Made by a program: the position numbers and the translations under genes. From positions 1 through 46,200 of the forward strand of contig JADGHN010000001.1 of assembly GCA_019683875.1 (NCBI GenBank): a stretch of DNA of 46,200 bases, written 5' to 3'. The stretch comes from Clostridia bacterium. GTDB taxonomy: Bacteria; Bacillota; Sulfobacillia; RBS10-35; Bu92. The notes below the pieces were generated by a model. The model did not search any database, had not been told where the DNA came from, and saw only the letters and a program-made list of their open reading frames with translations. Each line of letters starts with the position of its first letter. The stretch's first letter is position 1. Of this stretch, positions 29,303 through 39,367 are shown piece after piece.

Positions 29303-29733
29303 GGCGGTTGAACGAGGTCCGTCGCGAGCGGTCGGCGGGCGGCGTCGTCGTGCGCTGGCGCCCGCGCCCGGAGGTGCTGCTGATCCACGACCGCTACGGC
29401 CGCTGGTCGTTGCCGAAGGGCCACCTGGAGCCGGGGGAGACCGACGAGGAGGCGGCGCTCCGGGAGATCGCGGAGGAGACCGGCATCCGCGGGCGCGTTC
29501 TCGCGAGGGTGGGCGAGACGCGGTACACGTTCAACGCCGGTGGGACGCCGGTCGAAAAGACGGTCGCGTACTTCCTCATCGCCGCGGAGCACGGGACGGA
29601 ACGGCCGCAGCCCGGCGAGGTGACGGCGCTCCGCTGGGTCCGTGCGGGCGACGCGGCGCGCGAGGTCGGCTACGACAACCTGCGGGCGCTCGTCGAGCGC
29701 GCCGTCGTGATGGCGCAGCGCCACAGGCCTTGA
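29299..29733 (+). CDS. NUDIX hydrolase
   Basis: Nudix box GHLEPGETDEEAALREIAEETGI. GTG 29299 overlaps the upstream stop (GTGA); TTG 29308 is an alternative start. Confidence 0.85.
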   Translation: MRRLNEVRRERSAGGVVVRWRPRPEVLLIHDRYGRWSLPKGHLEPGETDEEAALREIAEETGIRGRVLARVGETRYTFNAGGTPVEKTVAYFLIAAEHGTERPQPGEVTALRWVRAGDAAREVGYDNLRALVERAVVMAQRHRP

Positions 29734-29753
29734 GCACGCCGGCGCCGCCGCGC

Positions 29754-29788
29754 GAACAAAACGGCCGCACCGTGCGAACGGTGCGGCC
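29754..29788 (-). terminator. intrinsic terminator downstream of tRNA-Pro
   Basis: A perfect 10-bp stem GGCCGCACCG/CGGTGCGGCC (29763..29772 and 29779..29788) with a 6-nt loop. On the minus strand it is followed by GTTTTGTT. Confidence 0.7.
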
Positions 29789-29813
29789 AAATTCGAAACC
29801 GGGCCAAAAAATC

Positions 29814-29890
29814 TGGTCGGGATGGCGAGATTTGAACTCGCGACCTCCGCGTCCCGAACGCGGCGCCCTGCCAAGCTGGGCCACATCCCG
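29814..29890 (-). tRNA. tRNA-Pro (anticodon CGG)
   Basis: The reverse complement is CGGGATG...CATCCCGACCA, a 77-nt cloverleaf. The anticodon stem-loop is CCGCG-TTCGGGA-CGCGG, the T-loop is TTCAAAT, and CCA is encoded. Confidence 0.93.
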
Positions 29891-29902
29891 ACGTGCGTGG
29901 TC

Positions 29903-29931
29903 ATTATACGGACCAACCCGAAACGTGTCAA
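29903..29931 (-). promoter_or_regulatory. consensus sigma-A promoter of tRNA-Pro
   Basis: On the minus strand, TTGACA (29931->29926), a 17-nt spacer and TATAAT (29908->29903). The -10 ends 12 nt upstream of the mature tRNA 5' end. Confidence 0.8.
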
Positions 29932-29953
29932 TTTGCGGGCACTGAAAGCGGTG

Positions 29954-30165
29954 ATGCGAATGTCGTGGTTTTCCGTCGCGGTCGGCGCGGCTTGGGTCGC
30001 CGGCGGGCTCTTCTTCATCGCCGTGCCGCGCTCCGGCTGGTACGCGCGCCGCCTTGAGGACGCCTTCGGCGACCGCGCGGCGGAGGTGCGCGCGGAACGC
30101 ATCCGCTGGTACGCTCTGGTCGGATACCTTTGCCTGCTGCTTGGCGCATTCCGTATCGTGACCGC

Positions 30166-30169
<4 letters not shown>
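29954..30169 (+). CDS. small hypothetical membrane protein (71 aa, two hydrophobic helices)
   Basis: This is the internal ATG of track ORF 29822..30169, whose first 44 codons overlap tRNA-Pro and its promoter. The stop overlaps a possible selB GTG (GTGA). Confidence 0.45.
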
Positions 30170-32094
<1,925 letters not shown>

Positions 32095-32095
32095 G

Positions 32096-32434
32096 TCAGA
32101 CCTCGCCGCCGTGCCGCCTCACGACGTCCTCGACGCGCCGGCGCATGTCGTCGTCCGCGACGGGCACCGTGACGCGCCACACGGCGCGGCCCAGGCGCCC
32201 GGCCGGCGTGGCGGCGGCGCTGCGCAGGCCTGCATCGTCGCTCTCCTGGGACGCCACGGCGTTCGCCGCCGGCTCTTCGAGGAGCGTGCGCGGGAAGGCC
32301 TCGTCCCGCGGCTGGCGCAGGTCGGAGCGGTCCACCGGCGCCCCGCTGACCTGGACGACGTCGACGGTGTATCCTTGTTCGCGCAGCTCGCGCGCGGCGG
32401 CCTGCGCCGCCCGCGGGTCCGCAAATGAGGCCAT
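32096..32434 (-). CDS. hypothetical protein (112 aa)
   Basis: This is the internal ATG of ORF 32096..32542. No motif recognised. It converges on selB with a 1-nt gap. Confidence 0.4.
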   Translation of the reverse strand: MASFADPRAAQAAARELREQGYTVDVVQVSGAPVDRSDLRQPRDEAFPRTLLEEPAANAVASQESDDAGLRSAAATPAGRLGRAVWRVTVPVADDDMRRRVEDVVRRHGGEV

Positions 32435-32580
32435 GACGGATCGGGCAAGGTATTGCGGTGGGCCGCCGGGAATGAATTCGCGCGGATCCACTCGGACACC
32501 GCTCCCTTCGTCATCATCCTGCCGCGCCGCGCGGCGTCTCATGCGGACGCCGGGACGGCGCCCGGACGCGAGGTGAGATC

Positions 32581-33258
32581 GTGGCTCCCGAAACGCGACG
32601 GGTCACGCTTGAAGAGGTCATGGCGCAGCCGGAGATCAAGGAGCTCATCGAGCAGGCGAACGCGCACCTCGGGGCGATGGGCTTCACGGAGCACGGCCAG
32701 CGCCACGTGCGGCTCGTCAGCCGCATCTCCTACAACATCCTCAAGCGCCTCGGCTTCCCGGAACGCGAGGCGGAGCTGGCCGCCATCGCCGGCTACTTGC
32801 ATGACATCGGCAACGTCGTCAGCCGCCACGACCACCCCGAGTCCGGCGCGGCGATGGTCTTCGTCTTCCTGCGCGAGATGGGCATGCCGGCGCAGGAGCT
32901 GGGCAAGATCCTCGGCGCGATCGGCAACCATGAGGAGCCCTACGGCGAAGTGGTGAACAACATCGGCGCCGCCGTGATCCTCGCCGACAAGTCGGACGTG
33001 CACCGGACCCGCGTGCGCAACACGGATCCGACCACCTTCGACATTCACGACCGCGTGAACTACGCCGTGCTGAAGTCGTTCCTCGACGTCCGGCCGGAAG
33101 ACAAGGTCGTCAACCTGGAGCTGCAGATCGACACGGCGATCTCGCCGGTGATGGAATATTTCGAGATTTTCCTGTCCCGCATGGTGATGTGCCGGCGAGC
33201 CGCCTCGTTTTTGGGCTGCCAGTTCGAGCTGACGATCAACAACGCGCGCCTGCTTTGA
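32581..33258 (+). CDS. HD-domain metal-dependent phosphohydrolase
   Basis: The H...HD signature is present (GQRHVRLV ... GYLHDIGN ... NHEEP ... ADKSD). SD GAGGTGA precedes GTG 32581. Confidence 0.8.
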   Translation: MAPETRRVTLEEVMAQPEIKELIEQANAHLGAMGFTEHGQRHVRLVSRISYNILKRLGFPEREAELAAIAGYLHDIGNVVSRHDHPESGAAMVFVFLREMGMPAQELGKILGAIGNHEEPYGEVVNNIGAAVILADKSDVHRTRVRNTDPTTFDIHDRVNYAVLKSFLDVRPEDKVVNLELQIDTAISPVMEYFEIFLSRMVMCRRAASFLGCQFELTINNARLL

Positions 33259-33284
33259 CAAGCTCGCGCGCGCGTTCCTATAAT
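33255..33284 (+). promoter_or_regulatory. perfect-consensus sigma-A promoter (TTGACA-18-TATAAT)
   Basis: TTGACA at 33255..33260 contains the HD-gene TGA stop. The spacer is 18 nt and TATAAT lies at 33279..33284. Confidence 0.75.
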
Positions 33285-33314
33285 GAACGTTGTCTTGCAC
33301 TTATGTCACGGCGT

Positions 33315-33345
33315 CCGGCCGTCCCCGCAGACGGTCGGGTTTTTT
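33315..33345 (+). terminator. intrinsic terminator about 25 nt downstream of the predicted TSS, upstream of secD
   Basis: Stem CCGGCCGTC/GACGGTCGG (9 bp, one G:U), loop CCCGCA, then G plus TTTTTT (33340..33345). Confidence 0.7.
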
Positions 33346-33396
33346 GTGGCCGGTCAAGGCTTCTGGCCGATTGGCGCCAGGGGGAGGTTGCCCAGG

Positions 33397-34665
33397 ATGA
33401 GAGCGAAGCGGCGTCAGCGCAGCCTGATCACGCTTGTGGCGCTGTTCGTCGTCGTGACGGCGGCCCTGCTGTACGCGGTGCTGCCGCAGCGGAGCGGCGG
33501 GTACGGGCTCTGGGGGCGCATCAACAAGGGGCTCGACCTCGTCGGCGGCGTGCACATCGTCTTCCAGGCCCACCCGACGGAGAAGACCAAGGTGGACGAC
33601 GACTCGATGAACGCGGCCGTGGCGATCCTGACGAAGCGCGTCAACGGCCTCGGCCTCACGGAGCCGGTGATCCAGCGCGAGGGCAGGGACCGCATCGTGC
33701 TCGACCTGCCGGGCGTCAAGAACCCGGAGGAGGTCGCGACGAGCATCGGCCGCACGGCGGTTTTGGAGTTCCGCGATCCTGCGACGAACAAGCCCTTCCT
33801 CACGGGCAAGAACCTCATCAAGGCCACGCCGGCCTATGACCAGCAGCAGGGCTGGGTCGTGCAGCTGCAGTTCGACCAGGAAGGCGCCAAGGCCATGGAC
33901 GCGTTCACCAAGACGCACATCCAGCAGCCGATGCCGATCTACTTGGACGACCAGCTCCTGCAGGCGCCCACGGTGATCAGCGAGATCCCGAACGGGAACG
34001 GCGTGATCACGGGATACGAGTCGCTCGACGCCGCGAAGAGCATCGCGGTGGCGCTGAATTCGGGCGCGCTGCCTCTGAAGCTTGAGATCATCGAAAACCG
34101 CACCGTGTCGGCTTCGCTCGGCCAGGACTCGCTCGCGGCCAGCCAGAAGGCGATCATCCTGGGCGCGGCGCTCGTCGTGGCGTTCATGTTCGTCGTCTAC
34201 CGCATCCCCGGATTCTGGGCCGACTTCGCGCTGGCCGTCTACGCCGTGCTGCTTCTGGCGGTGCTCTACGGCCTGCACGCGACGCTGACGCTGCCGGGCA
34301 TCACGGGCGTCGTGCTGTCCCTGGGCATGGCCGTCGACGCCAACGTGATCATCTATGAGCGCATCAAGGAGGAGCTGCGCCTCGGCCGCACGCTGCGCAA
34401 CGCGGTGGACGCCGGGTTCAAGAACGGATTCCGCGCCGTCTTCGACTCGAACGCGACGACCGTGCTGGCGGCCGCCGTCCTGTTCTGGCTCGGCACCGGA
34501 CCGGTGCGCGGCTTCGCCGTGACGGTCGCGCTCGGCGTGCTCATCTCGATGTTCACGGCGATCACCTTCACGCGGTGGATCCTGCACCTGCAGGTGGACG
34601 CCGGCGCACAGCCGAGCGCCTGGTTCTTCGAACGCAGGACGGCCGAGGGGGCGGATGCTCGATGA
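33397..34665 (+). CDS. secD: protein translocase subunit SecD
   Basis: N-terminal TM helix, INKGLDLVGGVHIVFQA, a large periplasmic-type domain and six C-terminal TM helices. GGGGGAGG lies 9 nt before ATG 33397. Confidence 0.93.
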   Translation: MRAKRRQRSLITLVALFVVVTAALLYAVLPQRSGGYGLWGRINKGLDLVGGVHIVFQAHPTEKTKVDDDSMNAAVAILTKRVNGLGLTEPVIQREGRDRIVLDLPGVKNPEEVATSIGRTAVLEFRDPATNKPFLTGKNLIKATPAYDQQQGWVVQLQFDQEGAKAMDAFTKTHIQQPMPIYLDDQLLQAPTVISEIPNGNGVITGYESLDAAKSIAVALNSGALPLKLEIIENRTVSASLGQDSLAASQKAIILGAALVVAFMFVVYRIPGFWADFALAVYAVLLLAVLYGLHATLTLPGITGVVLSLGMAVDANVIIYERIKEELRLGRTLRNAVDAGFKNGFRAVFDSNATTVLAAAVLFWLGTGPVRGFAVTVALGVLISMFTAITFTRWILHLQVDAGAQPSAWFFERRTAEGADAR

Positions 34666-35588
34666 ACGAGGCGCGGTTCCACTTTCCGTTCATGCGCTGG
34701 CGGAAGTACTGGATCGCCCTGTCGACGGTCTTGCTCGTCGTCACGGTCGCGGCGCTCATCGTGAACACGGCGACCCTCGGCATGCCGCTCAACTTCGGGA
34801 TCGACTTCACCGGCGGGACGCTCGTCGACGTCAAGTTCGGCAAGCCGGCCGCGCTCGCCGACATCCGCGCCACGTACGAGGCGCATGGCGTCAGGGACAT
34901 CGTCGTGCAGGCGTTCGAGAGCTCGGGCAACCGCGAGTTCAAGCTGACAACCCCGGCGATCTCCGAGGACGAAGAGGTGAAGATCCTCGAAGAGCTGGGC
35001 AAGAAGTTCGGCGGGTACGAGCTCGTCAGCAAGGACAAGGTGTCGCCGGTCATCGGCTCGGAACTGCGGCGGGACGCCATTTTGGCGGTCGGCCTGGCGA
35101 CCGTCGCGATGATCGTCTACCTGACGATCCGCTTTGAGATCCGCTTCGCCATCGCGGCGATCGCCGCCATGCTGCACGACATCCTCCTCACGGTCGGCAC
35201 GTTCGCCGTCTTCCGGCTGCCGGTGGACACGTCGTTCGTCGTCGCGGTGCTGACCGTCTACGGGTACTCGGTCAACGACACGATCATCATCTTCGACCGG
35301 ATCCGGGAGCGCCTGCACGCGCGCCGCAAGGAGCCGCTGGAAGAGCTGATCAACGTGAGCATCAACCAGACGCTTTCGCGGACGATCAACACCGTCGTGA
35401 CCGTGTTGCTCGCGCTGTTCGCCGTCCTGATCTTCGGCGGCTCGTCCATCCACGTGCTGGCGCTGGCGCTGATCGTCGGCATCGTGCTCGGCACGTATTC
35501 CTCGATCTTCGTCGCGAGCCCCGTCTACCTGTACCTGGTGCAGCGGTCGGAGCGGCGCGCGCAGGCGAGGATCGCCCGGGCATCCTAG
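34662..35588 (+). CDS. secF: protein translocase subunit SecF
   Basis: LNFGIDFTGGT, YSVNDTIIIFDRIRE and six TM helices. There is an ATGA overlap with secD. Confidence 0.93.
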   Translation: MNEARFHFPFMRWRKYWIALSTVLLVVTVAALIVNTATLGMPLNFGIDFTGGTLVDVKFGKPAALADIRATYEAHGVRDIVVQAFESSGNREFKLTTPAISEDEEVKILEELGKKFGGYELVSKDKVSPVIGSELRRDAILAVGLATVAMIVYLTIRFEIRFAIAAIAAMLHDILLTVGTFAVFRLPVDTSFVVAVLTVYGYSVNDTIIIFDRIRERLHARRKEPLEELINVSINQTLSRTINTVVTVLLALFAVLIFGGSSIHVLALALIVGIVLGTYSSIFVASPVYLYLVQRSERRAQARIARAS

Positions 35589-35604
35589 ACGTCGGACCGG
35601 AGGG

Positions 35605-36519
35605 ATGGAGCGCATGGCCCCCGCCTCGCAGGGCCTTCGTGGGCGGCGGTCGCTTCATCGCGCGGCATGGATCGCGCTGTGGGCCAATCTGGCGCTGGCG
35701 GTCGGCAAGGGGATCGCCGGCGCCGTTTTTGCCAGCCACGCGCTCGTGGCGGACGCCCTGCATTCCCTGGGAGACGCGGCGGGCTCGTTCGCCGTCGTGT
35801 TCGGGGTCCGCGTCGCCGAGCGGCCGCCTGACCGGCAGCACCGGTACGGCCACGCGAAGGCGGAGTCCCTCGCGGGGCTGGCCGTGGCCGTGCTCCTCAT
35901 CCTCGCCGGCCTCGCCATCGGGGGCGAGGCGGTCGTGGCGCTGTTTGCCCCGCGCCGCGAGGCGCCCGACTGGGCGGCGGCCTACGCGGCGGCGGGCGCG
36001 CTCGTGGTCAAAGAGGGCCTGTACCAGTGGAACGCGAGGCTCGGACGGCGGCTGCGCTCGCCCGCGCTCTTGGCCAACGCCGCCGACCACCGTTCGGACG
36101 AGTGGACCTCCGTGGCGGCCGTCGCCGGCGTCCTCGGCGCGCGCCTGGGCATGCCGCTGGCCGATCCCCTGGCCGCGCTGCTGGTGGCGGCGCTCGTCCT
36201 GTTTTACGCCGTCCAGCTCGCGGGGGAGAACGTCGACGAGTTGCTCGACCGCGAGGCGGACAGCCCGACGCGCGCGCTCGTCCGCGAGACGGCCCTCTCC
36301 GTCCAGGGCGTGCGGCAGGTGCAGCGGCTGCGCACCCGGCGCTCCGGGCCCTTCGTGCACGTCGACATGGAGATCGGCGTCGACGGCCACCTCTCGCTCG
36401 TGGAAGCCGACCGCCTCGCGCACGCCGTCATCCACGCCGTCGAAAACCTGGACGTCGTCCAGGACGTCGTGGTGCACGTCAACCCCATCCACACACCGAA
36501 GTCCGGATCCCAGGTCTAG
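35605..36519 (+). CDS. cation diffusion facilitator (CDF) family metal efflux transporter
   Basis: ALVADALHSLGDA, HRYGHAKAE, LLANAADHRSD and a C-terminal cytoplasmic domain. ATG 35605 or ATG 35614. Confidence 0.85.
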   Translation: MERMAPASQGLRGRRSLHRAAWIALWANLALAVGKGIAGAVFASHALVADALHSLGDAAGSFAVVFGVRVAERPPDRQHRYGHAKAESLAGLAVAVLLILAGLAIGGEAVVALFAPRREAPDWAAAYAAAGALVVKEGLYQWNARLGRRLRSPALLANAADHRSDEWTSVAAVAGVLGARLGMPLADPLAALLVAALVLFYAVQLAGENVDELLDREADSPTRALVRETALSVQGVRQVQRLRTRRSGPFVHVDMEIGVDGHLSLVEADRLAHAVIHAVENLDVVQDVVVHVNPIHTPKSGSQV

Positions 36520-36582
36520 GAACGCACATCCGACCCGAATCCCCGGCACCCGGCGCGCCCGACGCGGCGGGCATGGTCCCAC

Positions 36583-36611
36583 TTGCCACTCGCGCCCGCG
36601 GGTCGTATACT
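36583..36611 (+). promoter_or_regulatory. putative sigma-A promoter of the fapR-pls-fab operon
   Basis: TTGCCA (36583..36588), a 17-nt spacer and TATACT (36606..36611). Confidence 0.5.
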
Positions 36612-36629
36612 TCGTGGCGATAACGATGA

Positions 36630-36639
36630 GTCATATGAC
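36630..36639. promoter_or_regulatory. perfect palindrome GTCATATGAC just downstream of the fapR promoter (candidate operator)
   Basis: A 10-bp perfect palindrome in an AT-rich patch, flanked by direct ATAACGA/CTAACGA copies. It lies about +12 to +21 relative to the predicted TSS. Confidence 0.35.
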
Positions 36640-36669
36640 CTACTGCTAACGACGGGCGGGGACGCGATC

Positions 36670-37320
36670 ATGGGACTTGAGCGACCGGCCGCCTCCCTCT
36701 CGCGGCGCGAGCGCCAGCGCGCGCTGCGGGAAACGCTGCGACGCGAGCCGCTGCTGACGGACGAAGAGCTGGCGGAGCGGTTTCACGTCAGTGTGCCCAC
36801 GATCCGCCTGGACCGGGCCACGCTCGGGCTTCCCGACGTGCGCGAGCGGGCGCGCTCGCTGGCCAGCCAGGCGCTCGGCCGCGTGCGCGCGCTCGGGCCG
36901 CAGGAGATCGTCGGCGAGATCGTCGACGTCGAGCTGGGCCGGCACGCCGTCTCCATTCTCGAAGCCGAGGCCTCCCATGCCTTCGAGCGGAACGCCACCG
37001 TCCGCGGCCAGCATCTGTACGCGCAGGCCGAGTCCCTCGCCATGGCCGTCGTCGACGCGGGCGACGCCGTGCCGGAAGTGGTCAACGTGAAGTTCAAGCG
37101 CCCGGTGCGCATCGGCGAGCGGGTCGTCGCCAAGGCCGAGATCCTTCGCCAGCCGCGTCCCGGACAGTGGGTCGTGCTCGTCCAGTCGCGGGTCCAGAAC
37201 GACATCGTCTTCCGCGGCAAGTTCCTCGTGACGCAGGTCGCGCCGGCCGCGGGCGACGATCCCGCAGCCGCCGCGATCCGTGACGAGCATTCACCCGTCC
37301 AGGAGGAGGCGAACCGTTGA
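36670..37320 (+). CDS. fapR: fatty acid and phospholipid biosynthesis regulator FapR
   Basis: N-terminal HTH (LTDEELAERFHVSVPTIRLDRATLGLP), a C-terminal hot-dog fold, and position in front of plsX. Confidence 0.88.
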   Translation: MGLERPAASLSRRERQRALRETLRREPLLTDEELAERFHVSVPTIRLDRATLGLPDVRERARSLASQALGRVRALGPQEIVGEIVDVELGRHAVSILEAEASHAFERNATVRGQHLYAQAESLAMAVVDAGDAVPEVVNVKFKRPVRIGERVVAKAEILRQPRPGQWVVLVQSRVQNDIVFRGKFLVTQVAPAAGDDPAAAAIRDEHSPVQEEANR

Positions 37321-38348
37321 CCGGCCTCACGCTGGCGCTCGACGTCATGGGCGGCGACCATGCCCCGCAGGCGACCGTGGCGGGTGCCCTGGCCGCCCTG
37401 CGCCAGGACCCGGAGTTGCGCCTGATTCTGGTGGGCGACCGCACCACGATCGACGACGAGTTGCGCCGGGCAGGGGGAGAACCGTCCGATCGCCTCGCCA
37501 TCCGCCACGCGAGCGAGGTCATCGGCTACGACGAGGTTCCGGTGCACGCCTTCCGCCGCAAGCGGGACTCGTCGATCGCCGTGGGGCTGCGCCTGGTCCG
37601 CGAAGGCGAGGCGGCCGCGTTCGTCTCGGCCGGCAGCACCGGCGCGCTGATGGCCGGCTCGCTTCTCACGTTCGGAAGGATCCCTGGCGTTCGCCGTCCG
37701 GCCCTCGTGCAGGTCATGCCGACGTTCGCCGGCCCCGGGCTCGTGTTTCTTGACATGGGCGCGACCGTGGGGGCCTCGGCCGAGGACCTCGTCCAGTGGG
37801 CCGTCATGGGCTCCATCTACGCGGAGCGCGTGCTCGGCCGGCCCGCCCCGAGGGTGGCGCTGCTCAACGTCGGCACGGAGGCGGAGAAGGGCCCCGAAGA
37901 AGTGAAGCGGGCCCATCAGGTCCTTTCACAGCTTCCCTTCCTGAACTTCGTCGGCAATGTCGAGGCGAGAGAACTGCTGGCCGGCGCCGCGGACGTCATT
38001 GTCGTGGACGGCTTCGCCGGAAACATCGCCTTGAAGACGGTCGAAGGCCTGGCGCGCGATCTCATGCGCGCGCTCAAGCGCGAGCTCACCTCGACCTTCC
38101 GCACGAAGCTGGGCGCGTGGCTCGCGATGCCCGCCCTGAAGCGCCTGGCGGCGCGGTTCGACGCCCAGGAAGCCGGCGGCGCGCCGCTTCTGGGCGTCAA
38201 CGGCCTGTGCGTGAAGTGCCATGGAAACTCGACGGCGCGGGCCATCGCGGCCGGGCTGAGAGTCGGCGCGGAAGCCGCCCGCGGGCGGCTTGTGGACGAA
38301 ATCGCCATGCAGCTGAAAGAGATCGAAAGCGGGGAGACGAGCGAGTGA
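37317..38348 (+). CDS. plsX: phosphate acyltransferase PlsX
   Basis: LALDVMGGDHAP, FVSAGSTGA and VVDGFAGNIALK. TTG 37317 overlaps the fapR stop (TTGA). Confidence 0.94.
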   Translation: MTGLTLALDVMGGDHAPQATVAGALAALRQDPELRLILVGDRTTIDDELRRAGGEPSDRLAIRHASEVIGYDEVPVHAFRRKRDSSIAVGLRLVREGEAAAFVSAGSTGALMAGSLLTFGRIPGVRRPALVQVMPTFAGPGLVFLDMGATVGASAEDLVQWAVMGSIYAERVLGRPAPRVALLNVGTEAEKGPEEVKRAHQVLSQLPFLNFVGNVEARELLAGAADVIVVDGFAGNIALKTVEGLARDLMRALKRELTSTFRTKLGAWLAMPALKRLAARFDAQEAGGAPLLGVNGLCVKCHGNSTARAIAAGLRVGAEAARGRLVDEIAMQLKEIESGETSE

Positions 38349-39367
38349 CGACGCTGCGACAGACGCCCTGGGGCGTGGCGGTCCGCGGTCTGGGTCACGC
38401 AGTGCCCGAGCGGGTGATCACGAACCACGACCTGGAACGCATCCTGGACACGAGCGACGAGTGGATCCGCACCCGAACCGGCATCGCCGAGCGACGCGTG
38501 GCGGCCCCGGACCAGGCCACGAGCGACCTGGCCGTCGTCGCCGCCCGCGAAGCGCTGGACGCCGCCGGATGGTCGCCCGAGGATCTCGACCTCATCGTCG
38601 TGGCGACGGCCACGCCGGACATGATCTTCCCCAGCACCGCCTGCGTGGTGCAGGCGGCGCTCGGCGCCCATCAAGCAGGCGCCTGCGACATCTCGGCCGC
38701 CTGCAGCGGGTTCATCTACGCGCTGTCGTCCGTCGCAGCGCAGATCCGGGCGGGAGCGGCGCGACGCGCCCTCGTGATCGGCGCGGAAACCCTGTCCAAG
38801 ATCGTGAACTGGCAGGATCGCTCGACGGCCGTGCTCCTCGGGGACGGGGCCGGCGCCGTGGCGCTGGAGCGCGTGGACGCGGAGGACGGCGCCGAAGGGC
38901 TCCTGAGCGTGTACCTGGGCGCCGACGGCCGCGGCGGCGACCTTCTCAAGCAGCCGGCGGGCGGCTCGCGGCTTCCGGCGTCGGTGGAGACGGTGACCCA
39001 GGGCCTGCACTACCTCCAGATGAACGGCCGCGAAGTGTTCAAGTTCGCCGTGCAGATCATGGGCGACGCCGCGGAAGAAGCCTTGCGTCGCGCCGGCCTG
39101 GCGTTCGCGGACGTGGATCTGTACGTGCCGCACCAGGCCAACGTCCGCATCATCGAAGCCTCCGCCAAGCGGTTCGGCCTGCCGATGGACCGCGTCTGGG
39201 TCAACATCGACCGGTATGGCAACACGTCCTCGGCCTCGATTCCCATCGCCCTGTACGAGGCGCACCAGGCGGGCCGCCTGCGCCCCGGGGACGTCGTGCT
39301 CCTCGTCGCGTTCGGCGGCGGCCTCACGTGGGGTGCGGCCGTGCTGAAGTGGGGCGGGCGCGCGTGA
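38345..39367 (+). CDS. fabH: 3-oxoacyl-ACP synthase III FabH
   Basis: SDEWIRTRTGI, the active-site Cys in AACSGFIYAL, HQANVRI and GNTSSASIP. There is a GTGA overlap with plsX. Confidence 0.94.
   Translation: MTTLRQTPWGVAVRGLGHAVPERVITNHDLERILDTSDEWIRTRTGIAERRVAAPDQATSDLAVVAAREALDAAGWSPEDLDLIVVATATPDMIFPSTACVVQAALGAHQAGACDISAACSGFIYALSSVAAQIRAGAARRALVIGAETLSKIVNWQDRSTAVLLGDGAGAVALERVDAEDGAEGLLSVYLGADGRGGDLLKQPAGGSRLPASVETVTQGLHYLQMNGREVFKFAVQIMGDAAEEALRRAGLAFADVDLYVPHQANVRIIEASAKRFGLPMDRVWVNIDRYGNTSSASIPIALYEAHQAGRLRPGDVVLLVAFGGGLTWGAAVLKWGGRA

Noticed and set aside
29822-29953. The first 44 codons of ORF 29822..30169.
   Set aside because: They overlap tRNA-Pro and its consensus promoter on the opposite strand. 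Only the hydrophobic C-terminal 71 codons are plausible.
32447-32474. A second sigma-H-like motif (AAGGTATT ... GGGAATGA) upstream of the HD-domain gene.
   Set aside because: The AGG-to-GAAT distance is one nt longer than in the spoVS and spoVG-type arrangement. The -10 flank is GC-rich, and it would leave a leader of about 100 nt. This is too weak to call.
33256-33396. The HD-gene TGA stop and the secD reading frame are in the same frame, which might suggest a TGA read-through or selenocysteine fusion, tempting because selB is nearby.
   Set aside because: The interval holds a consensus promoter and an intrinsic terminator. No SECIS-like hairpin follows the TGA. HD and SecD are independent families, and frame identity has a 1-in-3 chance.
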